A model generated the notes under the pieces. It saw only the letters and a list, made by a program, of their open reading frames with translations, had not been told where the DNA came from and did not search any database. From positions 7,780 to 71,779 of the forward strand of contig VRVR01000016.1 of the NCBI GenBank assembly GCA_009859145.1: 64,000 nt of DNA, in the 5' to 3' direction. Positions 10,812 to 20,498 of this stretch are shown piece after piece (positions within the stretch are counted from its first letter, which is position 1; the number at the start of each line of letters is the position of its first letter). This stretch comes from Andalucia godoyi And28. Lineage: Eukaryota; Protista; Jakobida. The translations under genes were made by a program, and so were the position numbers.

Positions 10812-11477
10812 ATGTCTGGCTCCAGATTGGCGTTTGCATTTGGCTCGTTCTTGGCGTTGGTCGCGCTCTCGACAGCGTCTGTGGGAATTGACATGTCGCA
10901 GGAGATCTGCGCCACGATGACAATCGACACTTGGCGATGCCTGCAGTCCGAGGGCTACTCGTTCGCGATCATTGAAGGATTCCAGGGCGGAAACCATGTG
11001 AACCAGCATCTCGCGCAGTGCGTTTCCGATGCTCGCTCTGCTGGGTTTGCCTACGTCGATACGTACATCTGGAGTGCCCCAAACTGCGGATCTGGCTCCG
11101 GCTCAGCGGACGCAAACGAGCTCATGGACTACATCAATGCAAACGGCGTGGACGTCGGAACCGTCTGGATCGACATTGAATCTGCCGATGGATGTATGTC
11201 AGACACGGGCACCAACGTCAACTTTTATAAGGACATGACTCAGACGTTCCTGAACGTCGGCTGGAAGACCGGAGTGTATTCGTCACCGGGCGAGTGGGGC
11301 ATGACCATGGGAGATGCGGACATTGCGTCCAGCTTGCCGCTCTGGGGAGCGACCTACTCGTATCGCTGCGATTTCAGCGACGTTCGCTTGTTCGGAGGCT
11401 GGGGTTCCATTGCAATGATGCAGTACTCTGACCAAGGAAACTCGTGCGGCATCAACTTTGACCTTTCGTGCTACTAG
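10812..11477 (+). CDS. Secreted GH25-like lysozyme (protist type), copy 1
   Basis: Signal peptide, GIDMSQ, WIDIE acidic motif, GWKTGVYSS, PLWGATY, FGGW and QYSD. ATG at 10812. Confidence 0.88.
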   Translation: MSGSRLAFAFGSFLALVALSTASVGIDMSQEICATMTIDTWRCLQSEGYSFAIIEGFQGGNHVNQHLAQCVSDARSAGFAYVDTYIWSAPNCGSGSGSADANELMDYINANGVDVGTVWIDIESADGCMSDTGTNVNFYKDMTQTFLNVGWKTGVYSSPGEWGMTMGDADIASSLPLWGATYSYRCDFSDVRLFGGWGSIAMMQYSDQGNSCGINFDLSCY

Positions 11478-12104
11478 GAAAGGTATTCAGATCGATCGCA
11501 CATTGGCTATGCTGCCGCATGCGGTGTATCGAGCGAAAACTGGCTGAGATAAGCTGAATGTATTGTGGTTTTTTTTTGTTGCTTTTTGTTGTTGTTGTGT
11601 TATTTTTTATTATTTTTTTAAATCAAAAATATTTTTAAAAAAGGAAAGAACCCGTTCTTGGCCATTCTCTCGGTTTCCTCCTTTGTCAGCGTTACGATTT
11701 GCACGGGCCTTTTCCGCAGCTGAGAAATTTTCCAGCGCTCATATCATCATATACTCTGCATGACATGCGACAGATTGCCACAATGCTTGGCAACGCCATA
11801 AGCAGGTGTCCCATAGTGCCCACCGGCATGGGGCTGCTGGCTTTGCAAGGCGCAAGCTCCGAGATTGTCATTGTTGCTACGCAGGTGACATGCATGATGC
11901 ATCATTTCTCGCCCAGTGTGTCAGTGCTGGTCGTTTGGAGTTTTTTTTCTCCTCCGCAATCCATTTTCTTTTCCAATATTCGCACGTTTTCGCTGCGTCC
12001 TTTTTTTCCCCCCGTTCTGCATCCTGGTTTTGAATTTGTCCAAGAATATTCATTTCCATTTCTATCATTATTTTATTCGTTTTCCAAAATAAGAAGAGAA
12101 AAAA

Positions 12105-12773
12105 ATGTCCCGTGCACTTCAATCTGCAGCACTGCTTGTGCTGTGCGCACTGAGCTTCTCGTGTGTGCATGCCGCCACTGGTATCGACATGTCGCAGGAG
12201 ATCTGTTCGACGATGAGCATTGACACTTGGCGCTGCCTGAGGAACGAAGGATACACATTCGCCATCATTGAAGGTTTCCAGGGTGGTGGACGCGTCAACC
12301 AGCATCTTGCGCAGTGCGTTTCCGATGCTCGCTCTGCTGGCTTCGAGTATGTTGATACATACATCTGGAGTGCCCCTCATTGCGGCTCTGGTTCTGGCGC
12401 AGAGGACGCAAACGAGCTGATGAACTACATCAACGCGAACCATGTGAATGTTGGCATGGTGTGGATCGACATCGAGTCTGTTAGCGGATGCATGGCGGAC
12501 ACTGGCACCAACGTCAACTTTTACAAGCAAATGACCCAGACGTTCCTGAATGTGGGCTGGAAGACCGGAGTGTATTCGTCACCGGGCGAGTGGGGAATGA
12601 CCATGGGAGGTGCAGACATTGCATCCAACTTGCCACTCTGGGGAGCGACCTACTCGTATCGCTGCGATTTCAGCGACGTTCGCTTGTTCGGAGGCTGGTC
12701 GTCGATCGCCATTATGCAGTACTCGGACCGCGGCAACTCGTGCGGCATCGATTTCGATCTCTCTTGTTACTAA
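12105..12773 (+). CDS. Secreted GH25-like lysozyme, tandem copy 2
   Basis: Mature protein is closely similar to copy 1 with the same motifs; the signal peptide differs. Confidence 0.88.
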   Translation: MSRALQSAALLVLCALSFSCVHAATGIDMSQEICSTMSIDTWRCLRNEGYTFAIIEGFQGGGRVNQHLAQCVSDARSAGFEYVDTYIWSAPHCGSGSGAEDANELMNYINANHVNVGMVWIDIESVSGCMADTGTNVNFYKQMTQTFLNVGWKTGVYSSPGEWGMTMGGADIASNLPLWGATYSYRCDFSDVRLFGGWSSIAIMQYSDRGNSCGIDFDLSCY

Positions 12774-13076
12774 GCCCGGGTGCCTACCTTTTCTTCTTCT
12801 TCTTCTTCTTCTTATTTGGTGGCCGTGTGATTGTGACATATTGAAGTATTGAATGCGTAGTCCTTATCGTGTTTGTCTTTTGTCGCTTCGTTTCGTTTCG
12901 TTTCGTTTCATATTCATTAAAAAGAAAAGAAAGGGGAACGGAAAAAAGAAAAAAAAACGGAGGAGCAACTGGATTAAGAAAAGAATATTATCAAATCAGT
13001 CAACTATTCCATTTGCAATTCTGTTCGATGCGCCGTGGTTCGCAACTCCTGGTCATCGCTGCCGCCATCAGCACCA

Positions 13077-13463
13077 TCATGACTGCTTAGAGACTGGCTT
13101 TCGAGCCGGTGATTGAAAAAACCGTCGGTATCGCACAAGATACGCAAGCGACGGCCCACCTAAAACCAACGTTTGCAAGAACCATTTGCCATATGTTTGG
13201 AGCGTGAGACTCCTTGCAATGTGCAGTGCGTACAGCGATTCAAAGAGGTGGATCACGATTGCAATACCAAATATGGCTTGGTCCACAATTCGCCAGAAGA
13301 GGAACGCTAGTGGCCCAAAGTGGGCGTCCGCATACGACCAGGTGTCCGCAGACCGGATCCATCCGAGGTACACGAGCAGCAGCAGCGGCGACACAATGAT
13401 CGTCCACCACAAGAAATGTGGACTTTCGAAGTACCGCGGATTGAACACTTGAATGCGAGCCAT
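13077..13463 (-). CDS. TMEM254: TMEM254-like small membrane protein
   Basis: 128 aa with three hydrophobic segments; IHLFESLYAL...WFLQTLVLGGPSL resembles the TMEM254/DUF4499 signature. Confidence 0.75.
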   Translation of the reverse strand: MARIQVFNPRYFESPHFLWWTIIVSPLLLLVYLGWIRSADTWSYADAHFGPLAFLFWRIVDQAIFGIAIVIHLFESLYALHIARSLTLQTYGKWFLQTLVLGGPSLAYLVRYRRFFQSPARKPVSKQS

Positions 13464-13647
13464 CGATCAATCCCAACTTTGGTACTGCAGCGGTCCAGTA
13501 CTCCTCTCAAACGCCTCCGTTGCAGCAACTTCGAAATGCACGGGTCCAGTCTGTCCCCCGCAAACCTGCGCATGCTCGTGAGTCTCAGATGAGAGTCGCC
13601 CGTGTGTGCTGAATCGACAAATTACGACGACATTCCGCATGCACACG

Positions 13648-14060
13648 GAAAGTATCCATAAGCAGACACGGTCGACACTGGCCGACACTAGCACGTTTGC
13701 TTCACAGGGAATTCGTGCTTACGCGTAGCCATCTGTCATTCGTTCAAGCGCACTGCCAAGAGGCGAACTTCCAAGACACGATCTCGTAGCTCCAGGTGCA
13801 TCAATCGCGCTACAACTGAGGACACGAAAGCGCCTGCTGCTGCTAGGGCCGCCAGACTCAAAATGCACCCTTCTCAAGAACAAGGTGTCACGCTGAGAAA
13901 GTGGCTCACCGATTGATCGAGATTGGGAACGGAGCGCGGAGCATCTATCTGAAGAACGCCGAGAGGCGTGTTGGGGGGCCTATCCCCTTCCCGGCAACAG
14001 GATGCAAGATTGAGTATGCATGTCTACTCGTAGATATGCATACTTAGTGTATAATGCAGG
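13648..14060 (+). mobile_element. Miniature TnpB/Fanzor-derived element (repeat A, copy 1) with putative omegaRNA right end
   Basis: ~93% identical to 60258-60665. Encodes RAARLKMHPSQEQGVTLRKW (13845-13904) joined to IDRDW/NGARSIYLKN (13912-13957, one extra G). Hairpin at 14011-14046; ends ...TAATGCAGG. Confidence 0.72.
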
Positions 14061-14394
14061 CGCCTGCCATAGACATGAATCATTACTGGTCTTCGGCCGA
14101 GCTGTCCCAGAAGATAGATCCAAGCCACATGCTGTTTTGTTTATATTAATTGGGACGAGCACCAACTCATCAATGCAGTCAAAGGGCAATCGCGCAACCA
14201 ACATACTCCGCAATCGATTCAACATTCCAAAAAATGAACGTTGGAGGAAACAGAATGTGGTCGGCGGTGCGACACATCGCGCCTGGCCACGCTTTTGTCA
14301 TTGCTCCTTCTTGTTCTCTGACTTGAAAAAGCGCATTCCGAACGCAAATCGACCACATCTCCGTGATTTGATGATCATCCGCTTGCTCAGCAAG
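14061..14394. repeat. Dispersed repeat B, copy 1
   Basis: 14153-14394 is nearly identical to 21512-21753; weaker homology continues to 14061 versus 21475 across a ~55-nt indel. Confidence 0.85.
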
Positions 14395-14664
14395 TTGCGA
14401 CGAGAGGGATCAGCGGGTTTCTTGGTTCTCGGTATCTTCGGGCATGGCCGATTTGCGTTTGCTGGGAAGATCCCTCTTTGTAGCCATGAAATGCATTGTC
14501 TTTGATGAAAGGTGCTGCTTGAGGGATCGATCATAAATATAAGAAACAAACAGAAAATAAATAGAAAGAAGAAGATCTGGACTTGGCTACGGTGAGAAAA
14601 ATCGTATTGTTTGATGTTCAACGTTTGATCCATAAAGCTGGCAGCTGTCTCTCAGAGTTTAGAG

Positions 14665-14669
<5 letters not shown>

Positions 14670-14702
<33 letters not shown>
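14670..14702. repeat. (TA)n microsatellite upstream of Fluc gene
   Basis: Direct reading. Confidence 0.9.
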
Positions 14703-14705
<3 letters not shown>

Positions 14706-14864
14706 TTTGTGCTGTTGTTGCTGAAATCTTGTCGTTTTTCGGGGCCTTCTGTTCCAGTCTCCACGCTCGCTAACCATACACTGCACCAAAGCTTTGCCGG
14801 ACAAGCGGATGCATAGGAGAGCACCGTCCAAAGGGGGCAGAAAAGAGCGGTGACTGGGTTCTAT

Positions 14865-15287
14865 ATGTCCGACTTGTTTCTCCTGTGGGATGCGGCTTTT
14901 GGTCTGCTTGGCGTGTACGTCCGATACTGCATCACTGTGTTCATGACGGTGCATCTTCGGTGGAACCGGATCTATGCATCTTTGACGGTAAACATGGTCG
15001 GTTGCTTGGCGATTGGAATTGTTCAGGCATACGCAGTCGACAAGAAGCATGGAGACGGAGACTTGATCAACGGAATCATTACAGGCTTTCTTGGCGGACT
15101 GACTACCTTTTCGTCGTATGCGCTCGATGGATACTTGTACCTCACACACACTGCCCCGTCTCCCTCGGATCCGTCGAAATCGGACCACCCTCAAATTCAC
15201 GGGGGAATCTTGTATCTTGCGGGATCCGTCGTTCTTGGCATCGGTCTCACCGCCGCTTCATATGCCATCACCATCGGCAGCGTGTAG
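14865..15287 (+). CDS. crcB: Single-domain Fluc/CrcB fluoride channel
   Basis: TM1 GLLGVYVR (GxxGxxxR), TM2 LTVNMVGC, TM3 TGFLGGLTTFSSY and a fourth TM; 140 aa from ATG 14865. Confidence 0.9.
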   Translation: MSDLFLLWDAAFGLLGVYVRYCITVFMTVHLRWNRIYASLTVNMVGCLAIGIVQAYAVDKKHGDGDLINGIITGFLGGLTTFSSYALDGYLYLTHTAPSPSDPSKSDHPQIHGGILYLAGSVVLGIGLTAASYAITIGSV

Positions 15288-15556
15288 CATGAAATCCCGA
15301 GAGGAGATCATGAGCAAAACAACAACAGAAGAAGAAGGTTTAAATTTATATAAAATTATTTAATAAAGAAATCAGAGCGATCGGCGTGCGCGCTGAGAAA
15401 CCCTCCAAGAAATGCACAGTCTAAGAGAGCCTCTTTACGTTTCCAAAATCTTTCCGATTCCCTCTGCATTTCTGCAGCACACATGTTTCAGGAAAATGCG
15501 GAGGTGTGCAAATGTACATCGCGAAGCCATCCTCGGCAAAAACGGTGCGTCGTCGA

Positions 15557-16183
15557 TTACTGCGTAAACTTTAGACACCTCGTTTCCTTGTGTGCATTCC
15601 TGCATTCAAGCGAGCAAAACCGCTCTCCGCACTCGACACAAGTGTATTTACCTCCAAATCCGCACACGGAACAATACTTTTTCACAGTCCCTCGTGCTGA
15701 CGGCGGACAAGTGACCTTCGCCAGTCCCTGTTCGTCAAGCCATGTCGCATCGTCGACCAGAATCTGGCCCAACGTCCGCTTCTTCAGCGACAGCGAACAG
15801 CCGGTGAAGAACGGCACCGGGACATTTGGACTCGAGAGAGACGCTCTGCCAGATCCACGACGCTTCTTCGCTGCCGGAATCTCATCGTCCAACGGCGCTG
15901 AGTGCAGATGAGATGGCGAGGAAAATGCTGCAATCGTTGCATTCGCGGACGACGACGAATGTGATGCTGCTGCTGCTGCTGGTGATGATAATGATGATGA
16001 ATGATTCAGAGGAGATGTGAGTGCATACACATCCTCTGCATCCAATATAAGAGTCGAGTCCTGCTCGAGGCCGCGCAATCGCGCCTTTGCGATGTTGCGC
16101 TGCCATGCGTCATGGGCAAAAGTGATGTGAGAAACCAGTGTTTCATACTGTGCTGAATTCGCCTTCCGTGACTTGTTGCTCAT
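15557..16183 (-). CDS. ZNHIT1: HIT zinc-finger protein Vps71/Swc6/ZNHIT1 (SWR1 complex)
   Basis: C-terminal CSVCGFGGKYTCVECGERFCSLECRNAHKETRC; N-terminal RLRGLEQD motif. Confidence 0.85.
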   Translation of the reverse strand: MSNKSRKANSAQYETLVSHITFAHDAWQRNIAKARLRGLEQDSTLILDAEDVYALTSPLNHSSSLSSPAAAAASHSSSSANATIAAFSSPSHLHSAPLDDEIPAAKKRRGSGRASLSSPNVPVPFFTGCSLSLKKRTLGQILVDDATWLDEQGLAKVTCPPSARGTVKKYCSVCGFGGKYTCVECGERFCSLECRNAHKETRCLKFTQ

Positions 16184-16462
16184 CTCCGTGTTCACTCTGT
16201 GTAGTGTTTTTATTGCCGAATAATTCTTCCCATTCGCTCGAGCAGCGTGAAATCCAAAAATGAGAGATCAGAAATCAGAAAGAACTGTACAAACAAAAAC
16301 GAAGAAATGCGGAACGGACTTGAGGACACTGCAGACTCAAAGAGAGAATAATCCCGATCGTCAATCTTTTTTTATATTAATTCTTCAGTGACTCTCTGTT
16401 TGATGTCTATCAAGTTGGGTTTTCTCCTTGTTGCAGTGTTTTTGGATTATTTTTTTTGTTTT

Positions 16463-16465
<3 letters not shown>

Positions 16466-16499
<34 letters not shown>
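16466..16499. repeat. (TA)n microsatellite in a divergent promoter
   Basis: Direct reading. Confidence 0.9.
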
Positions 16500-16502
<3 letters not shown>

Positions 16503-16561
16503 CGTGTTCAGCATTTTCATTCAAAGTAGCATTGCGCTCACCCATACGACTGATATCGGCA

Positions 16562-17218
16562 ATGCCTGTTAAAGAAATTCGGTCGACGACTCAGTTTCTA
16601 GACGACGTGTATTCCCCTGGTCCTGAAGTGGATCTTGTGCACTTCTCTGCCTCGTGGGCTCCACCGTGCATCCAGCTGCATGCAGTCTGCGAACAACTTT
16701 CCAAGGAGTATCCGTCACTCGGCTTCTGGAGAGTAGACGCGGATGCAAAGGATTGTGCACAGGCGTCGCGAATGATGAAGATCGAGGCTGTTCCAACCGT
16801 CGTCTTCATCAAGCGAGGTGTGGAAGTGGATCGGTTTACGGGCGCAGATGTTCCGTCGTTTGTGAAAAAGGTAAAGGCATTTGTGAATGCTCTGGACGAT
16901 GAAAACAAGCAACTGTTCCAGAAAATCAAGGAGCTCTTGAACCAGCACCATGCAATTCTGTTCATGAAGGGTGCGCCTGAGGCACCCAAATGCGGGTTCT
17001 CAAGAGAGATAGTCCAGCTGATCAGATCTCAAGGCGTCGACTTCCACACGGTGGACATCCTCCAAGACGAAGAACTGCGCCAGGGACTCAAGGCATATGC
17101 AAAATGGCCGACGTTCCCAATGTTTTTCGTCAATGGACAGCTTGTCGGTGGTGTCGATGTCGTGCGAGAGCTCATCGAGTCGGACGAGTTTGACGGCGTC
17201 ATGGAAGACGGGCAGTAA
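16562..17218 (+). CDS. GLRX3: Thioredoxin plus monothiol glutaredoxin (Grx3/4, PICOT)
   Basis: Trx domain FSASWAPPC; Grx domain LFMKG...PKCGFS, WPTFP and LVGGVD. Confidence 0.93.
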   Translation: MPVKEIRSTTQFLDDVYSPGPEVDLVHFSASWAPPCIQLHAVCEQLSKEYPSLGFWRVDADAKDCAQASRMMKIEAVPTVVFIKRGVEVDRFTGADVPSFVKKVKAFVNALDDENKQLFQKIKELLNQHHAILFMKGAPEAPKCGFSREIVQLIRSQGVDFHTVDILQDEELRQGLKAYAKWPTFPMFFVNGQLVGGVDVVRELIESDEFDGVMEDGQ

Positions 17219-17575
17219 GCGACCGTCTGCTGCGAGTAGGTCTTTCTACGTACACGATATTATTATCTTCACACGACTACGTCTTTATTCATTCCCACGA
17301 ACAGAACAGCACTGTCTGGAATTTCTGGATGAGCATGGCGAAGTAGAGCGGTGCTGCTTTTGCGTGCGGGACGTTTGGAAGCCACTCACGGCGGCCGTAA
17401 ATAAGGTTAATTAATTAAAAAGAGAACTGTCGATCGGGCACTCGACAGAAGATGGAACCTCGAAAAAAAAAATCCCAACACGTTTTCCAGCGGTCTGTCA
17501 TCGGGCACCATTCATGACCCAACGTCGCCTATAGTCGCACTGCAATTGATCCATCGTCACGCAAGCAAAAAGAGT

Positions 17576-18493
17576 ATGTCGTCAAAGACGGGTAAATCCA
17601 CCGCATATTCGCTGTTTTCCCTGTACAAGTCACTTGCGGAATATGTGACTCCGATGCCGACACAGTCGTCGTTTCTGACACAAGGAACGCTGACACCCGA
17701 TGAGTTTGTTTCGGCGGGGGACTTGCTCGTGTCGAAGTGCCCGACGTGGAAATGGTGCTCGGGAGACCCATTGAAGCACCGCGCATATCTTCCCGCGTCA
17801 AAACAGTATCTTAAAACAGTCGGCGTTCCTTGTGCGACCCGCGCCAACGAGCTTTGCAGCGGCAACTTCGATGACGAAGGCCAAGATGGCGAGTGGACGA
17901 ACACATATGCATCACACGAGTCGGTTGTGCATGACGTGGACATTCCAGGGAACTCGCAGTCCAGTAATCCAGCAGCAGGCACTGCAAGCCAGAACGGGAG
18001 AGGCGCCAGCGCTGAACAAGGAGAACACCGCCATAATCAGGTAGATGAAGAAGAGGATATTCCCGACATTGATGAGTTTGCTGGAACGGACAATTTGGTG
18101 ACGATGACGGACGACGGGACCATTGTCACGTCCAACCTTGTGCGGACCCGGACGTACGACCTCAGCATCGTGTATGACAAATTCTATTCAACCCCTCGGT
18201 TGTATTTGTACGGGTACAATGAAGATGGGCAGCCACTGACGGCGTCAGAAGTGTTGGAGGATGTGTATGCCGACTATGCGCTGAAGACGGTAACCATGGA
18301 GCAGCATCCCCATGAATCTGTAAGCTGCGCATCCATTCATCCGTGCAAGCATGCGCAGGTCATGAAGAAAATGTGCGAAAACCTAGGAGAGGAGGGTGAA
18401 TATCCGCGCGTCGACTTGTACTTGTTCCTGTTCCTGAAGTTCGTCAGCGGGGTCATTCCGACGATTAATTACGACTTCACTGTTGCAATGTAG
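17576..18493 (+). CDS. ATG3: Autophagy E2-like enzyme ATG3
   Basis: GTLTPDEFVSAGDLLVSKCPTWKW, RTYDLSIVYDKFYSTPRLYL, catalytic SIHPCKHA and FLKFVSGVIPTINYD. Confidence 0.95.
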   Translation: MSSKTGKSTAYSLFSLYKSLAEYVTPMPTQSSFLTQGTLTPDEFVSAGDLLVSKCPTWKWCSGDPLKHRAYLPASKQYLKTVGVPCATRANELCSGNFDDEGQDGEWTNTYASHESVVHDVDIPGNSQSSNPAAGTASQNGRGASAEQGEHRHNQVDEEEDIPDIDEFAGTDNLVTMTDDGTIVTSNLVRTRTYDLSIVYDKFYSTPRLYLYGYNEDGQPLTASEVLEDVYADYALKTVTMEQHPHESVSCASIHPCKHAQVMKKMCENLGEEGEYPRVDLYLFLFLKFVSGVIPTINYDFTVAM

Positions 18494-18673
18494 GCATTGT
18501 GCACACCTGATTAAAAGCAACTTTAAACAAACGAAATACATTCTTTGGGAGATCTTCTCTTTCTTCTTTCTTCAATTTTTTAAATTTAAAAATAAAATTA
18601 AAATTAAAAAAGGAACGCTTTTGGCGTTGATAGATTGTTGACCGATGACGCCTCTCCACAGTCCACCGCCGCT

Positions 18674-20062
18674 TCAGCTTTCATGAACTTGGATTTTCAC
18701 AGCCAGGGGCTTCTGAAACTTGTCAATCGAGCGTGTCATTGGTCGTTTTTCCACGACAACATACATTTCTGAACTCTGTGGCGCTCTGGCAGGCAGCGCA
18801 ACATCGATTGGGCAACCAAGCCGTCGAAGTCGCTGCAGCACGGTGATCGATCCTTTCCTTCGTAGATCTTCGAACAGATTGATAAATTCCACCATCCGAT
18901 AGAGCCGACGTCGCGGTTCATAGCCAAAGCCAATGAACTTCTCCAACATATCGAGACGGTTCTTCCTTATGCACTGCAGCGCAAGAACGTCAAACTCCAC
19001 GAGTTCAAACAAGCGATTGATCAACACTTGCTGTGAGAATCCAATGTCTGTGATGTGTCGAAGTGGCGCGACGTTCGCAATCGCTGCGCATTGCAAGACG
19101 GTCCAGGCAAGCATGACAAAATTGGGCGAAATATGCGATCCGCTGGGAGTCCTGGCATCCGGCTCAATGAACATGGTCTTGAAATCCAGACCCATCTCAA
19201 TACATTGTCGCAGCGGGGATACAACATCATTGCGCTTCAGAACCTGAAGGACGATATCTCTGGCGCGTTCCGAAAGCCACATGTCTTGGACGCATTCTCG
19301 TGGACTCGGAGTCTGAGGAACAGATGACCGGAGAGAGTCCAGAAAATCGGCACGATTCGCGCGGGTTCTTCGAAGCTCCACGTAGGACCGAGTGCGCCGA
19401 TTGGCTGGAGCAGCCGACTGCTGCTCAGATCTCGTCCCAACCGCAGCCTCAGAGTTCCACATCATGCTCCACACCGCCATGCTCGTATCTACTTCTCCGA
19501 AACTCATCAATCTCAGCGGATTGACATGGGGTAGCAAGGTCTGTAGTCTCATCACCGCATCCTTTCTGTTTGAAAATATGATATCTCGATACTGCGACTG
19601 GGCATAGGATAGAGTGTGGAGTTCTTGTGCAGACAATTCCACAATGGCATGCACTTGTCTTGGAAAGATCACCTTGCAAAACATGTTCAGCTCGGCGGAA
19701 GACGGAAGCCCCTGCATGGTAATGCACTTTAGATTTGTGAGTTTGCCGAGTAAGTGCTTGAGCGATTCATGTCCTGTGACGCGGTTAGAGAAGTGAATGC
19801 TTTCAGTCGCAAACAACTGGGCGGCGCACATCCTGTGCAAGCAATGCATTTGGAACATTTCTGGAACCGTGTCCGATTTCCATGTAGTCTCCACCGACGC
19901 AGGTGACAAGCAAATATGCCGCACGGATTCGCTGCGTGCATCCATCAATATCTCCAGACTCTTGCACGCTGTCCTTACACTCCAAACATCCTTCAATGTC
20001 GATCCGACAAAAGCGCATATTCTGATCAACGAGTCGCTCGGCAAGTCTAAAACGCTCATCAT
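18674..20062 (-). CDS. Hypothetical protein with N-terminal F-box-like motif
   Basis: 462-aa ORF with protein-like composition; begins VLDLPSDSLIRICAFV...VWSVRTACKSL. Confidence 0.6.
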   Translation of the reverse strand: MMSVLDLPSDSLIRICAFVGSTLKDVWSVRTACKSLEILMDARSESVRHICLSPASVETTWKSDTVPEMFQMHCLHRMCAAQLFATESIHFSNRVTGHESLKHLLGKLTNLKCITMQGLPSSAELNMFCKVIFPRQVHAIVELSAQELHTLSYAQSQYRDIIFSNRKDAVMRLQTLLPHVNPLRLMSFGEVDTSMAVWSMMWNSEAAVGTRSEQQSAAPANRRTRSYVELRRTRANRADFLDSLRSSVPQTPSPRECVQDMWLSERARDIVLQVLKRNDVVSPLRQCIEMGLDFKTMFIEPDARTPSGSHISPNFVMLAWTVLQCAAIANVAPLRHITDIGFSQQVLINRLFELVEFDVLALQCIRKNRLDMLEKFIGFGYEPRRRLYRMVEFINLFEDLRRKGSITVLQRLRRLGCPIDVALPARAPQSSEMYVVVEKRPMTRSIDKFQKPLAVKIQVHES

Positions 20063-20351
20063 TCGTCCATGTCGCTCGTGGTCCTGCGGAGTCAGCGCGT
20101 CTCGAGATTTTTTTGATATCCTCTTCCTTTCTTCTATTTCTATTTCTATTTCTATTTCTATTTCTATTTTATATATATATATATTTTATTTTATTTTAGT
20201 TAAGACGAAGAAGAAGAAGGAGAAAACGAGCCATTCACACAAGCACGCTGTCCGTTTGGGACTCTTGAAATTGAAACCAATTGTCGGGGCATTAATTCAA
20301 ATGCCGTTATTCAACAACCTCGCTCTGCATTTTTGTTATTATTTTATTTTA

Positions 20352-20353
<2 letters not shown>

Positions 20354-20411
<58 letters not shown>
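20354..20411. repeat. Compound (CT)n(TA)n microsatellite
   Basis: Direct reading, upstream of the borealin-like gene. Confidence 0.9.
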
Positions 20412-20414
<3 letters not shown>

Positions 20415-20498
20415 CTTGTCCATTTGCTTTTTTATCTGTTTATTTTTTCTTTCACTTATACCCGTAACCCAGTATCTAACGCATTGGAGCAAAACGAA

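Noticed and set aside
14011-14060. Helitron 3' end interpretation of the repeat A hairpin
   Set aside because: No CTRR terminus follows the hairpin, and the adjoining TnpB/Fanzor motifs explain the end better.
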